Source: an uncultured Nitrososphaeraceae archaeon (GTDB lineage Archaea; Thermoproteota; Nitrososphaeria; Nitrososphaerales; Nitrososphaeraceae). From it: a DNA stretch of 64,000 nucleotides. Numbering within the stretch: the first letter of the stretch is position 1; every line of letters starts with the position of its first letter. The DNA lies in NCBI GenBank assembly GCA_963837175.1, contig CAWIMJ010000057.1:175842-239841 (forward strand). Reading direction: 5' to 3'. The translations under genes were made by a program, and so were the position numbers. The notes below the pieces were generated by a model. It was not told where the DNA came from and searched no databases. It saw nothing but the letters and a program-made list of their open reading frames with translations. Below are positions 20,560-30,937 of the stretch, one piece after another.

Positions 20560-21387
20560 ATGGCAGATGAATCTGTAGATGATCTTCGAAGTCTATCTTC
20601 AAAGACAATTTATTATACCAAAAACTTCGACCTTGATCACATTAGACTACAACATTTTTTTTCAAAAAAAGATGATCCTCGACCAGTTTTAATTTATAGT
20701 CTCTCATCAACCGTTCTTCTTCTAACTTTGACAGGTTTATTATTTTCATCTGCGTTTGCCCAACAGACGCCAGGAACACAAAATGAAGAGAAATTATTAA
20801 AACCGCCAGGAAATATGAGTAGCAATAACGATATGAAGGATACAATATTGAATACAACAGGCACAGATCTGCCAATTTTACAGAAACTATCTGATAAGGG
20901 AAATTATTTAGTACAGGTACGATGGAGTCAGGATCCTACTCTACTTGCTGCAAGTGGATTTGATATGGAGATAGTATTCCTTAATGCAAGCGAGCCAGAA
21001 GCAACACCACAAACCTTTCCACAAAAAGAGACAAATTTGACAGGAGCGTCATCTCTTGGTTCAAGTTTCTTCACGGATCCGTCTATCATACAGAGAATGG
21101 TTCCAATTGAAAGTTATGATATAATTGTATATTCTGATAGTGGTGAGGAGTTATGGAAGAAGGCAAACCAACCGGTTCAAGCGGGAAGAGCATATGAAAG
21201 AATAACATTTGAAAAACCCTATACAGGTAATATTACTATACAGATAAATAATATCAAATCTGGCGGTAGCATGGGTGGAACAATTGGAGGTACATTATCT
21301 GGTTCAAATGAAAATAAGTCAAGTGATGAGCGATTGGCAACAGACTCAGTAAAGTTTACTGCAAGAGTCATAGAGAATAATCCTTGA
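20560..21387 (+). CDS. Secreted/surface hypothetical protein
   Basis: Signal-like segment ending SSAFAQ; beta-rich body with N-x-S/T sequons; start codon uncertain. Confidence 0.65.
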   Translation: MADESVDDLRSLSSKTIYYTKNFDLDHIRLQHFFSKKDDPRPVLIYSLSSTVLLLTLTGLLFSSAFAQQTPGTQNEEKLLKPPGNMSSNNDMKDTILNTTGTDLPILQKLSDKGNYLVQVRWSQDPTLLAASGFDMEIVFLNASEPEATPQTFPQKETNLTGASSLGSSFFTDPSIIQRMVPIESYDIIVYSDSGEELWKKANQPVQAGRAYERITFEKPYTGNITIQINNIKSGGSMGGTIGGTLSGSNENKSSDERLATDSVKFTARVIENNP

Positions 21388-21971
21388 AATCTTATAAAAT
21401 CTTCTTATATCTTTATGATTTTAATAATAAAAAATTGAACAAAAGAAAGGTATATTCCTGTTTATCCTTAAAATTGCTAGAGCCATGGAACAGATCTATT
21501 GACTCATATCATTGCAAGTCCAAAGATCCTTTGTAAATTCTACCCCTATCTCATAGAATATAATGCAGTATAGAGGCATAATCTTGACGATAACAGAGTT
21601 ACTATTTTTGATTTCAACCATCATCATTAATAATAATATTCATTTCTATAAATTATCATTGAGTATAAATTTCTTAACTCGAATAAGTGTTCATTTTGAT
21701 ATTTATATGCAAATGTGGTAGGAGTCTTTTCATAAGAGTCGAAAATAAAATTCTGTCGGTTTAAACGAATCTGTATGTGTATATGGCTATATAACAAACT
21801 ATTTCATTATGTAATTTTTTGCATTTATTATTTAACCCTTTTTTAAGCTCCTTTGAACACCAACTTCCTTGAACTTTTCAGCTCCCTAATTGGAAATCTT
21901 CTCATGGCTATTTATTACATTACTATAGGGACTCTAAAAGATTAAATTAACCCTTTGAGGATAGTAAATTA

Positions 21972-22088
21972 AGCCGGCCATAGCGACAGGGCGCGACCCG
22001 GTCCCATTCCGAACCCGGAAGTCAAACCTGTCGTCGCTGTTGTAATACTGACCTGCGTGAGCGGTTGGAAAACAGCAGTGCTGGCATT
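21972..22088 (+). rRNA. rrf: 5S rRNA, unlinked from 16S-23S
   Basis: GCCGGCCATAGCG...CCCATTCCGAACCCGGAAGTCAA...GCTGGC; the ends pair. Confidence 0.95.
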
Positions 22089-22352
22089 CTATTTCCTTAA
22101 GCGAAGATATATTATTCCATATTTCAAATTTCTTGTTGCTTGTATTCCAATATATATTCTATATTTTTGCCCCCTTGATTTACTCCTCTCTAGCAGCCAT
22201 CTAGAAAAAATGTGCAAGTCTAATAGTTTAAAGCAATCCATTATTATTTATTTTATATGATATCCAACGTGCGAGCTCATTATGTTATAATAGTTTGATA
22301 TTTTCTTAATTTTATTTTCTTTTTTATACTAATCGTATTCTATTGCTATTCT

Positions 22353-22932
22353 TCAGGGAAGAATATTGTTCTCACCTAAATGGATCTGTTTTAACAATCG
22401 CTTTATATTTAGCCCTATTCGGTCAATAACGGGGTATATCGACACTAATCCAGCTGGTTCCCAAATATGAGTTTCAATAATGCATGCAAAGTTTGCCACT
22501 TTAATTGATATTTTTCTTATTTCTTCCTTCATGATATTTGCGGTAAAAGAATCACGAAGGGAGGTATCTTCTGTCAAAATGTCAGCAAGGAGACCCCCGC
22601 TCCAGCCGAATGTAATAACTTTTCCATTGCGTAGTTGGAAGTATGGGTTAGCGAGCCAATAACTTATAGGCGCTGTCGTCTTTTTCTGATATTTGCTGAT
22701 TTTCTATTAAACAATAAACATTGTAAAAGGGGCCCATTCTTACTATGTCTTCTATTCCTATGTAGTCTATATTCTCGTTATTAAGTGTGAGAAAACCATC
22801 TCTATTCAACAACCACCTTTCGAAATATGGCTTTTTGATATTATTAATATCAAAATTTGAATTACCAATCTTACAGTTTACCCCTATAGATATCAATTGT
22901 TCTACAAGGATCTTCATTTGAAATATTGGCAA
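22353..22932 (-). CDS. Hypothetical protein split by a +1 indel near 22657
   Basis: Removing one G joins ORF 22648..22932 to ...ANPYFQLRNGKVITFGWSGG... and ORF 22353..22577. Confidence 0.65.
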
Positions 22933-23277
22933 TTAGTATTCTAGATCAATAATGCTTATCTGTTAGATATATTTGACGCAAAAAGTGCCTTCATTTGTAT
23001 TCTATAAAAAAGGAATTACAGTGAATGTAATGAGAGGCAAAAATTACAGGATAGTATTTAGATTTGGTATAAAGAAGAGTTTCCAACTAATGGATTTACC
23101 ATCTTAAGTAATCTTTTTTTTAAATACGAGACTGTGATTTGAATAATACTAATTGACTTTGCAGATATGTCATTGTTATCTTCACCTATTACTAAGTCGT
23201 GTCATGTTAATTGTATAATATACCCAGAGTCTTAATTCTTATATTTTCCAAAAAGAATCTAAACTGAAATATGGTAA

Positions 23278-24774
23278 TTAAATTATTTTATCTTCCATCA
23301 ACAACTTCACGAGAGTTCGGATCCCAAATCCCGTTGCTCCCTTTGGATTGTAGCTTCGTTCATAAGTTCCTTCCTGTGTCCATGCTGTTCCTGCAATATC
23401 TATGTGTATCCACGGCAATCCATTAGTAAAATTTGAAAGGAATGATGCTGCAGTTATCGCGCCGCCTGGTCTTCCACCGATATTTTTGATATCAGCCACA
23501 TAGCTCTTTATTTGTTCACTAAATTCTTCATATAATGGAAGCTCCCAAAACTTTTCACCAGTTCTTTCAGATATGTTATGCAGTTCATCAATAAGCTTTT
23601 TGTTTGTTCCTATTACAGCAGCCACATTGGTGCCAAGTGCAATGATACATGCTCCAGTGAGAGTCGCTAGATCAATAACGGCCTTTGGATTATAAGTTGA
23701 AATCCCAAACGCTAAAGCATCTGCAAGAATCAGTCTACCCTCTGCATCAGTATTCAAAACCTCGACAGTTTTACCGTTATACATTTTGATTATATCTCCT
23801 GGTTTATAAGAAGTACTAGATGGCATGTTTTCAACTGAGGGGATAAGCCCAATAACATTTATTGGTAATTTCAGAGATGCAACTGCTTTCATAATGGCAA
23901 TAACGTTACAGCCTCCAGATTTATCAAATTTCATTTCATCCATTTTGTCACTATCTTTTAAGGAAATTCCACCAGTATCAAACGTTACTCCTTTACCGAC
24001 TAACAGGTATGGTTTCTCATCATCATTAGAACCACGATACTCCAAAATGATCAGCTTCGGAGGATAATGACTTCCTTTGCCAACGGACACTATTCCATTG
24101 AGTCCCATTGATTCCATTTCATATCGTTCTACAATTCTGGATTTAAGTCCATATTCGGTGGCTATCGATAATGCAATACTGGCTAATTGGGATGGAGAAC
24201 AATCATTTGGAGGAAGATTGCTTAGATCCCGTGCAAAGTTCACTGCCTCAACCAACAAGCTAGTCCTATCTACAATGGATTGAATGTTGGTCATCTCAGC
24301 ATTAATTAGTATTGTGACCTGATTAGCCTTTAATTCCTCCTTATCATCATTTGTTTTGTATCGATTAAAAGAATAAAGCGATAGACCGACGCCCTCAGAA
24401 ATTGCTTCGATCAAACCTTCATTTAAATTAGAGAAAAGTAAAATGGAAAATTCTGAAATTCCCATCTCTCTTACCTTTACAGCGGCTTTTGCGGAGGCAA
24501 TTCTTGCAATTTCGTTGTTGAATTTGTCTTTTTTGCCAAGACCTAGTAACATGATTTTTTTCATTGGACCTTTGTCCATTGTAGGTAGAACTAAACTTGT
24601 CCCTAGATTAGCTTTAAACTCTTTGTTTGATAGTATTTGCTTGATAATGTGATATAATATTGACTCAATCCCATTTGAATATAAAAAATCGTTTTCATTT
24701 TCATAGACTCCAACGACTAGAAGAGGTGTTTGTTTTTGGTCAATTCTTGCTTTTTCTACTATGATTTGAACCAT
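23278..24774 (-). CDS. pepA: Leucyl aminopeptidase (M17)
   Basis: GKGVTFDTGG, MKFDKSG, NTDAEGRL, DLATLTG, HIDIAG. Confidence 0.97.
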   Translation of the reverse strand: MVQIIVEKARIDQKQTPLLVVGVYENENDFLYSNGIESILYHIIKQILSNKEFKANLGTSLVLPTMDKGPMKKIMLLGLGKKDKFNNEIARIASAKAAVKVREMGISEFSILLFSNLNEGLIEAISEGVGLSLYSFNRYKTNDDKEELKANQVTILINAEMTNIQSIVDRTSLLVEAVNFARDLSNLPPNDCSPSQLASIALSIATEYGLKSRIVERYEMESMGLNGIVSVGKGSHYPPKLIILEYRGSNDDEKPYLLVGKGVTFDTGGISLKDSDKMDEMKFDKSGGCNVIAIMKAVASLKLPINVIGLIPSVENMPSSTSYKPGDIIKMYNGKTVEVLNTDAEGRLILADALAFGISTYNPKAVIDLATLTGACIIALGTNVAAVIGTNKKLIDELHNISERTGEKFWELPLYEEFSEQIKSYVADIKNIGGRPGGAITAASFLSNFTNGLPWIHIDIAGTAWTQEGTYERSYNPKGATGFGIRTLVKLLMEDKII

Positions 24775-25171
24775 TGAAAACTAATAAAGTTAAACACTTT
24801 ATTTTAAATTAATGTATATAACTCATGTCCTTATTTTTCTTATACCGATATTATCCCAAAATGACAGAGACGATAATAAGAACAACATCGCTTATCTCTC
24901 ATTTTTTTGGTATTATAGGAAATGCATTTGAAATATTGTTATTAATAGAATTTTATGCCCTCTGAGAATGACTCGACAATCCGCAGTCTAGTCAATATAT
25001 TAGAAATATTATCATTTTGTAGCAACCAAATGAATAAAACCGGAATGGATGAACCCGATGGCATTGTAAATTTTTGGAGGTATGACAGCCATGCTTTGTT
25101 AAACCTTATAATCGCCCATATCTTTTTATTTTTGTTATCCTCGCCTTCTCTTATGACATGTATATCATCTG

Positions 25172-26830
25172 ATGGCTGTTGTTACCATGGCTTTTAGTAT
25201 GCGATATCTTGATTTGAAAAGAAAAATACGTGATGTCCGTATGCTGGCAATACAAGGAATCGCCAAAGCTGGTTCCGGTCATCCTGGAGCATCATTCTCT
25301 GCAGCCGAAATAATGGGAGCGCTTTATTTTAGAAAAATGAAACACGACCATTTAAATCCACATTGGGAAAACAGAGATTACTTCATAAATTCTAAAGCTC
25401 ATTCTGCCCCTGGTTTTTATGCAACTCTGGCGGTTGCAGGTTATTTTCCTGATGATGAAATAAATGATTTGCGTAAGCTTGGTTCTAGGCTGCAAGGACA
25501 TCCCGTAAGATATAGCGAACAACAGAAATACCATAGCGTGCCAGGGGTAGAGTACTCTGGAGGATCTGAAGGTATTGGGCTGTCGGTATCAATTGGTATA
25601 GCATTAGCCAATAAATTAGATAATAAAAAGAATCACGTCTATACCTTGATAGGTGATGGAGAATCAAACGAAGGACAGGTTTGGGAGGCTGCAATGGCAG
25701 CATCAAAGTTTAGATTAGATAATTTAGTAGCTATACTAGATCGTAATCGCATACAACAAGATGGTTTTACCGAAGACATCATGCCGCTCGATCCGATGCG
25801 TGATAAATGGTCAGCTTTTAATTGGAATGTTATTGAGATTGACGGTCACAAAGTTGAACAGATAATTGACGCTCTATCCAAAGCGAGCTCGGTTGAAGAT
25901 AAACCTACTATAATTATTGCTAATACCATCAAAGGAAATGGGATAAAGCATATGGCTAATGTTCCACAATGGCACGGAAAGGCACCGCCTTATAAGCATA
26001 CTCCTTTATTATTAGAGGAACTGGATAGTGAATTCCTGATTGCTCCATCAATCATTGCAGGATCGCGAGAAAATTATGAAGAGAAGGTTAGAGCGGCAGA
26101 ACGTGGTGACGCTGATATTATTCATCTAGATATAATGGATGGCAAGTTTGTACCCAATATCACTTTCTTTGCAGATACCATTAAGAAATTACGACGTATT
26201 ACTAGTCTTCCATTTGACGCCCACCTTATGATTGAAAATCCGTTGGATCATATAGATGAATACATTGATGCTAGATGCGATATAATCACTGTTCATGCAG
26301 AAGCATGTGATGAAAATCAATTTCGGCATATCAATAACAAACTTCTTTCGAATGGTATAAGTCCAGGTATCGCAATTAACCCAAGCACAGAACTTCCTGA
26401 TTGGATTTATTCTCATCTTCAAAATATCGATGTTATTGTAATAATGTCCGTAGACCCTGGTTTTGCTGGTCAGAAATTTGTTCCCAAAATTCTGCCAAAA
26501 ATGGCATTAACAAATAGAAAATTAAGGGAGAATGGATTCAAGGGATATATTGAAGCAGATGGCGGTATTGACGCTACTACTTTACAACAAGTATACGACA
26601 TTGGGGCAAGGATTGTTGTTGCAGGGAATGCAGTATATGGGAGCACCGATATTCATGCTGCTATTATCCAACTCAAACATAAAGCAAATGTTGCATTAGA
26701 AAGGAGGCTTCTTGAACATGCAACTAAATTGGGGATACGAGTAGATTGGATGAAGACACGTAAACATATATTGATTCCACTAGCAAACGAATTGGGAATA
26801 GAAGAGGAATTTCATGCAATTAACGAGTGA
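25172..26830 (+). CDS. rpe: Transketolase N-terminal subunit fused to ribulose-phosphate 3-epimerase
   Basis: SGHPG, LQGHP, GDGESNEG, WHGK, then IAPSI, HLDIMDG.FVPN, DAHLM, MSVDPGFAGQKF, ADGGI. Confidence 0.93.
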   Translation: MAVVTMAFSMRYLDLKRKIRDVRMLAIQGIAKAGSGHPGASFSAAEIMGALYFRKMKHDHLNPHWENRDYFINSKAHSAPGFYATLAVAGYFPDDEINDLRKLGSRLQGHPVRYSEQQKYHSVPGVEYSGGSEGIGLSVSIGIALANKLDNKKNHVYTLIGDGESNEGQVWEAAMAASKFRLDNLVAILDRNRIQQDGFTEDIMPLDPMRDKWSAFNWNVIEIDGHKVEQIIDALSKASSVEDKPTIIIANTIKGNGIKHMANVPQWHGKAPPYKHTPLLLEELDSEFLIAPSIIAGSRENYEEKVRAAERGDADIIHLDIMDGKFVPNITFFADTIKKLRRITSLPFDAHLMIENPLDHIDEYIDARCDIITVHAEACDENQFRHINNKLLSNGISPGIAINPSTELPDWIYSHLQNIDVIVIMSVDPGFAGQKFVPKILPKMALTNRKLRENGFKGYIEADGGIDATTLQQVYDIGARIVVAGNAVYGSTDIHAAIIQLKHKANVALERRLLEHATKLGIRVDWMKTRKHILIPLANELGIEEEFHAINE

Positions 26831-27788
26831 AAAAAAGAGCGCCGATATGAGAGGAGCTTTTGGTGATACCCTAGTCGAATTAGGAAAAATTAATCGTAAT
26901 ATAGTGTGCGTAGGAGGTGACACCACAGAGTCTGTAAAAACAAAGAAATTTGGAGATCACTATCCTGATCGGTTATTCAATGTTGGAATTGCAGAAGCAA
27001 ACCTTGTCTCTATTGCAGCAGGGCTTGCAATCGCGGGCAAAATTGCATTTGCTAGTACTTATGCAGCTTTTCTCCCTGGTCGCTGCCTCGATCAAATCCG
27101 CAATACTATTTGCTATCCAAATTTAAACGTGAAACTTATCGTTTCTCACGCTGGATTAACCGTAGGACCGGACGGAGCATCACATCAACAAATAGAAGAT
27201 TTCTCAACTATGCGAGCTATTCCTAATATGCGAGTAATTGTCCCTGCGGACGCAGTTTCAGTAAGACAATTAATCAGGACAATAGCATACACTTCCGGTC
27301 CATTTTACGTACGACTTGCAAGGCCATCTAGTGAAATAATATACATGGAAGATGAAATATCATTTAATGTAGGTACAGGAAATATTCTGCGAGATGGATC
27401 AGATGCAAGCATCATATCGTGTGGGCTTATGGTGACAAGATCTTTGAAAGCTGCCGAAATACTTCAGCGGGACAAGGGTATTTCCTGTCGTGTTATAGAC
27501 ATGTTTTCGATTAAACCTATTGATAAGGACCTAATATCTAGCTGTGGTAAAGAAACCGGAGCAATAGTGACTGCTGAAGAACATAATATAATTGGAGGAT
27601 TGGGAAGTGCAGTAGCCGAAGTGACTGCAGAAAATTATCCTGTGCCAATCAGACGTGTAGGGATAAATGATATGTTTGGAGAATCTGCCAGAGATGAAGA
27701 AATTGAACTGTTATTAGAAAAGTTTGGCTTAACAGCAACAGAAATAGCACGGGCAGTAGTAGAATGTAGGAGTAGAAACAAAAGATGA
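26814..27788 (+). CDS. Transketolase C-terminal (pyrimidine-binding) subunit
   Basis: GIAEAN, GPDGASHQ, EEHNIIGGLGSAV. Confidence 0.93.
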   Translation: MQLTSEKKSADMRGAFGDTLVELGKINRNIVCVGGDTTESVKTKKFGDHYPDRLFNVGIAEANLVSIAAGLAIAGKIAFASTYAAFLPGRCLDQIRNTICYPNLNVKLIVSHAGLTVGPDGASHQQIEDFSTMRAIPNMRVIVPADAVSVRQLIRTIAYTSGPFYVRLARPSSEIIYMEDEISFNVGTGNILRDGSDASIISCGLMVTRSLKAAEILQRDKGISCRVIDMFSIKPIDKDLISSCGKETGAIVTAEEHNIIGGLGSAVAEVTAENYPVPIRRVGINDMFGESARDEEIELLLEKFGLTATEIARAVVECRSRNKR

Positions 27789-28450
27789 AAATATTTCTCG
27801 ATACTGCTAATTTAGAAGATATTAAGACGTTTAATGATATGGGAGTCGTAGATGGGATTACTACAAATCCTAGTCTTCTTTCAAAAGAAATAGGTAATCC
27901 ATCCGAAATAATGCGCGATATCGTGAGAATCGTAAATGGACCGGTAAGCCTTGAGGTTGTTGCTACTCAATTCGGAGAAATGTTAGAGGAGGCTCATAGA
28001 CTCAAGAAGTATGGTCAAAATGTAGTTGTTAAAATCCCGATGATTCCAGAAGGGATGAAAGCAGTTAAAAGGCTAAAAGAAGAAGGTATAGAAACAAACG
28101 TTACGCTCATATTTTCTGCTGCTCAAGCAATTATCGCAGCTAAGGCTGGGGCATCTTATGTAAGCCCATTTATTGGAAGATTAGACGATGGTGGACAAGA
28201 GGGAATGACTCTAATAAGAGAAATTAGTCAAATATTCAAAAACTATCAGTTCGAATCTAAGGTTCTAGTGGCAAGTATCAGACATCCTCTACACGTTATC
28301 GAAGCAGGAAAGGTTGGCGCTCATATAGTCACCTTACCTCCAGATGTTCTAAGAAAAATGATGACTCATCCTCTGACAGATAAGGGGCTCGCTGCATTTC
28401 TTAATGATTGGGAAAAGGTTAAGACCCAAAATCCCAATCTATTAATCTAG
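27785..28450 (+). CDS. tal: Transaldolase (short TalC/Fsa type)
   Basis: FLDTAN, GITTNPSL, VVKIP, YVSPFIGRLDD, ASIRHP. Confidence 0.93.
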   Translation: MKIFLDTANLEDIKTFNDMGVVDGITTNPSLLSKEIGNPSEIMRDIVRIVNGPVSLEVVATQFGEMLEEAHRLKKYGQNVVVKIPMIPEGMKAVKRLKEEGIETNVTLIFSAAQAIIAAKAGASYVSPFIGRLDDGGQEGMTLIREISQIFKNYQFESKVLVASIRHPLHVIEAGKVGAHIVTLPPDVLRKMMTHPLTDKGLAAFLNDWEKVKTQNPNLLI

Positions 28451-30036
28451 TTACGAAGTAAATTTATCACCTTTTTAGGTATGTCTTGCAACTTACTAAC
28501 TGACAATGTCTTCTCATAATTCAAATAAACTAAATTCTGACCTATACTAACTGAGTCACTCAGGTTTCTACCAACTCCTAGCGAGACCATATGTATTCCG
28601 ATTTTTCGATATAATAAAACCATTTCACGAACGGCATCAAAGTCAGATGGCTCACCATCGGTTAGCGTAACCATGATGTCCGGCTTAAATGATTTTATAA
28701 TAGGCTGTAACAACCCATAAATTTCAGCAAGTGGGGTTCCACCACTTGCCTTTATTTGCGCCAACCTGCGAGCGCTAACTACTGTCCATTTTAAATTAGC
28801 AGGTTTTATTACCCAGCATTTAACTCGTCTCTCATCAGTGCTAAAAGCAAAAACTGCAAATTTTATACCAAGATAATGCAGTGCTTCGCATAATGCTATA
28901 GTAGCCCTCTTGTATTCCAATTCAACATCTTCTATACTACTAGAGTGATCCAATAGAATTACAACTTTTGTTTTAATCGAGAGTTTGTAATCAGTCAAAA
29001 AAGTCTTGGGCAGGCTTTCAGTATAACTTTCAGGATCGAATTCCTCTCCTTTTTCCATATGCTGTTCTATCCATCCCGTTTTCCAGTCTCTGAATGATGT
29101 CTTTACCTTTTGAATTAAATCCGTATCATATATGGAAGTTTCATCTACGTCTATTTTTTCAGGAATACTTAATCCAAAGTTTTCCAAACTTTCATAACCT
29201 TTGTTCTCAGTCTTTTGACTTTCTTTTAACAAAGTTTCAAATTCACTAAGAATTTCATTGCCTTCAACAATTTCTTTTAATGCGTTTTTATCATCTTTCG
29301 ACTTATTTTTCCCCGATACAAGTTTTTGTAGCTGTTTTATCAGATCACTTTGACTCATTGCCATCCCAATTCTTGTTCTTGGAGCGAGAATCGGAATTGA
29401 TGAAAGAGGATCTAGTTCCAGTATTTTAATTAATTGCGAAATATGTCGTTCTATCCATTCCGTATTATAATTATTGTCAATAGCTTCTGTTACTACATTG
29501 TTGGCAAAATCTGAAGCCTTCTTTACTCTTTCAAATTCACCACCGTACAACTCACCTTTCATATATCCTGTTAAAAAATATTGAGAGAATGCTTCTGCAG
29601 TCTTGTATCTTCCGTATATTGAATTTAAAAGTGGACGCGATATCCAAGAAATTCCTTCATTGAATGTGATCTCGTTGTTCATTCCATTCCATTGACTTAA
29701 TCCAAGCAACTCTATACGCTTAGTTTCAACTGTGTTGAGAAGAAATCCAAACGCATGATCATAGCTTAGAACTTTGGTCGAGTGGAGCATTCGCATTGAT
29801 TCATACCATAATGCAACACGCCATTGACGATATTTTTGAAAATCTGTACCTGGGTAGTAATTTAAAAACGGAAGAACAATCTGATTCTTCTCTGGCCTTG
29901 CGATAGGGATTTTGTCTTGATTCAAAACTATGACAGCTTTGGAATTCTCAGACCACCTTCTAGCTAAAAAAGTACCAATGTCCAATAATACGTCATTTCG
30001 CATGATCATATTATTTGATAATGACGAAGACGACAT
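28447..30036 (-). CDS. VWA-domain protein (CbbO/NorD-like)
   Basis: C-terminal MIDAS DHSSS...GGTP...TDGEP; directly after a CbbQ-like ATPase. Confidence 0.85.
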   Translation of the reverse strand: MSSSSLSNNMIMRNDVLLDIGTFLARRWSENSKAVIVLNQDKIPIARPEKNQIVLPFLNYYPGTDFQKYRQWRVALWYESMRMLHSTKVLSYDHAFGFLLNTVETKRIELLGLSQWNGMNNEITFNEGISWISRPLLNSIYGRYKTAEAFSQYFLTGYMKGELYGGEFERVKKASDFANNVVTEAIDNNYNTEWIERHISQLIKILELDPLSSIPILAPRTRIGMAMSQSDLIKQLQKLVSGKNKSKDDKNALKEIVEGNEILSEFETLLKESQKTENKGYESLENFGLSIPEKIDVDETSIYDTDLIQKVKTSFRDWKTGWIEQHMEKGEEFDPESYTESLPKTFLTDYKLSIKTKVVILLDHSSSIEDVELEYKRATIALCEALHYLGIKFAVFAFSTDERRVKCWVIKPANLKWTVVSARRLAQIKASGGTPLAEIYGLLQPIIKSFKPDIMVTLTDGEPSDFDAVREMVLLYRKIGIHMVSLGVGRNLSDSVSIGQNLVYLNYEKTLSVSKLQDIPKKVINLLRN

Positions 30037-30039
30037 ACT

Positions 30040-30843
30040 CTAGTTAGCAAAGATTGATGTTACCATATCCATAACCTTTCGATATTCGACTTCTCCCCAC
30101 TGATCATATACGTTGGCAAAAACGATTTCTGCAACCTTTTTTGGAGAGAGATTTGTATTAAGAAGTTTTGCAAAAGCAATTGTCTCTCTTAAACTGGGAC
30201 TATAGTATAGCTCTTCCATAGCAGCTGCTTCTCGTAAACTTTTGGCCAGTTTAATTGCACCTTTGACATCAATTGTCTTCGAATTATCAAGTGTAGTATG
30301 TTGTTTTATGATCTCCAATTCTACATCTTCAGGAGGATAATCTAACCTCAACCTTACTGGAAACCTACTTAGAAGCTGAGGTGGTAATTCTTTTGTTCCG
30401 ACATGTGAAAGAGGATTAATTGTTGCAATTACAAACCAACTATTAGACGCATTGATTATTTGTCCTTCTGCCTCTTTTAGTACGAGTTGCTTTCTGTCAT
30501 CAAGGGCCTCATCAAGTCTCAATAATACATCTGGTTCTGCAGCATTTAGCTCATCAAGATATAGGAGACTTCCGTCTCGCATAGATTTTACAAGTATACC
30601 CTCTACAAAACTGATATCTCCTTTGTCGAGGGTTTTACTCCCAATAAGATGAGACTCTCTTGTACGCAGGCTGAAGTTAACCGAGTATAACTCTTTATTC
30701 ATCATCGAGGCAAATTTCCGAACAAGTGTTGTTTTGCCAGTTCCTTTTGGACCAATAATTAATGCGAACAGTCCTGTTTCACGAGCCTTATTCAGTATTT
30801 CAATCGCATTATTCCAATCAAGATAATTTATTTCAATCATCAT
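30040..30843 (-). CDS. MoxR-type AAA+ ATPase (CbbQ/NorQ/NirQ-like)
   Basis: Walker A GPKGTGKT, Walker B LYLDELN, ATINP, SRF, SPSLRE. Confidence 0.9.
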   Translation of the reverse strand: MMIEINYLDWNNAIEILNKARETGLFALIIGPKGTGKTTLVRKFASMMNKELYSVNFSLRTRESHLIGSKTLDKGDISFVEGILVKSMRDGSLLYLDELNAAEPDVLLRLDEALDDRKQLVLKEAEGQIINASNSWFVIATINPLSHVGTKELPPQLLSRFPVRLRLDYPPEDVELEIIKQHTTLDNSKTIDVKGAIKLAKSLREAAAMEELYYSPSLRETIAFAKLLNTNLSPKKVAEIVFANVYDQWGEVEYRKVMDMVTSIFAN

Positions 30844-30937
30844 ACTGCCAAATCGCCTTTAGATAATTTCCATTATCTTAATACATAAAAACTATAGCTA
30901 TTACCAAATGTTCAGCAAAATAGGTTTATTGTAGATC

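Noticed and set aside
21972-22088. 5S rRNA separated from 16S-23S as a novelty
   Set aside because: Established arrangement in Nitrososphaerota.
22057-22260. 67-aa ORF
   Set aside because: Starts inside the 5S rRNA and has no protein-like features.
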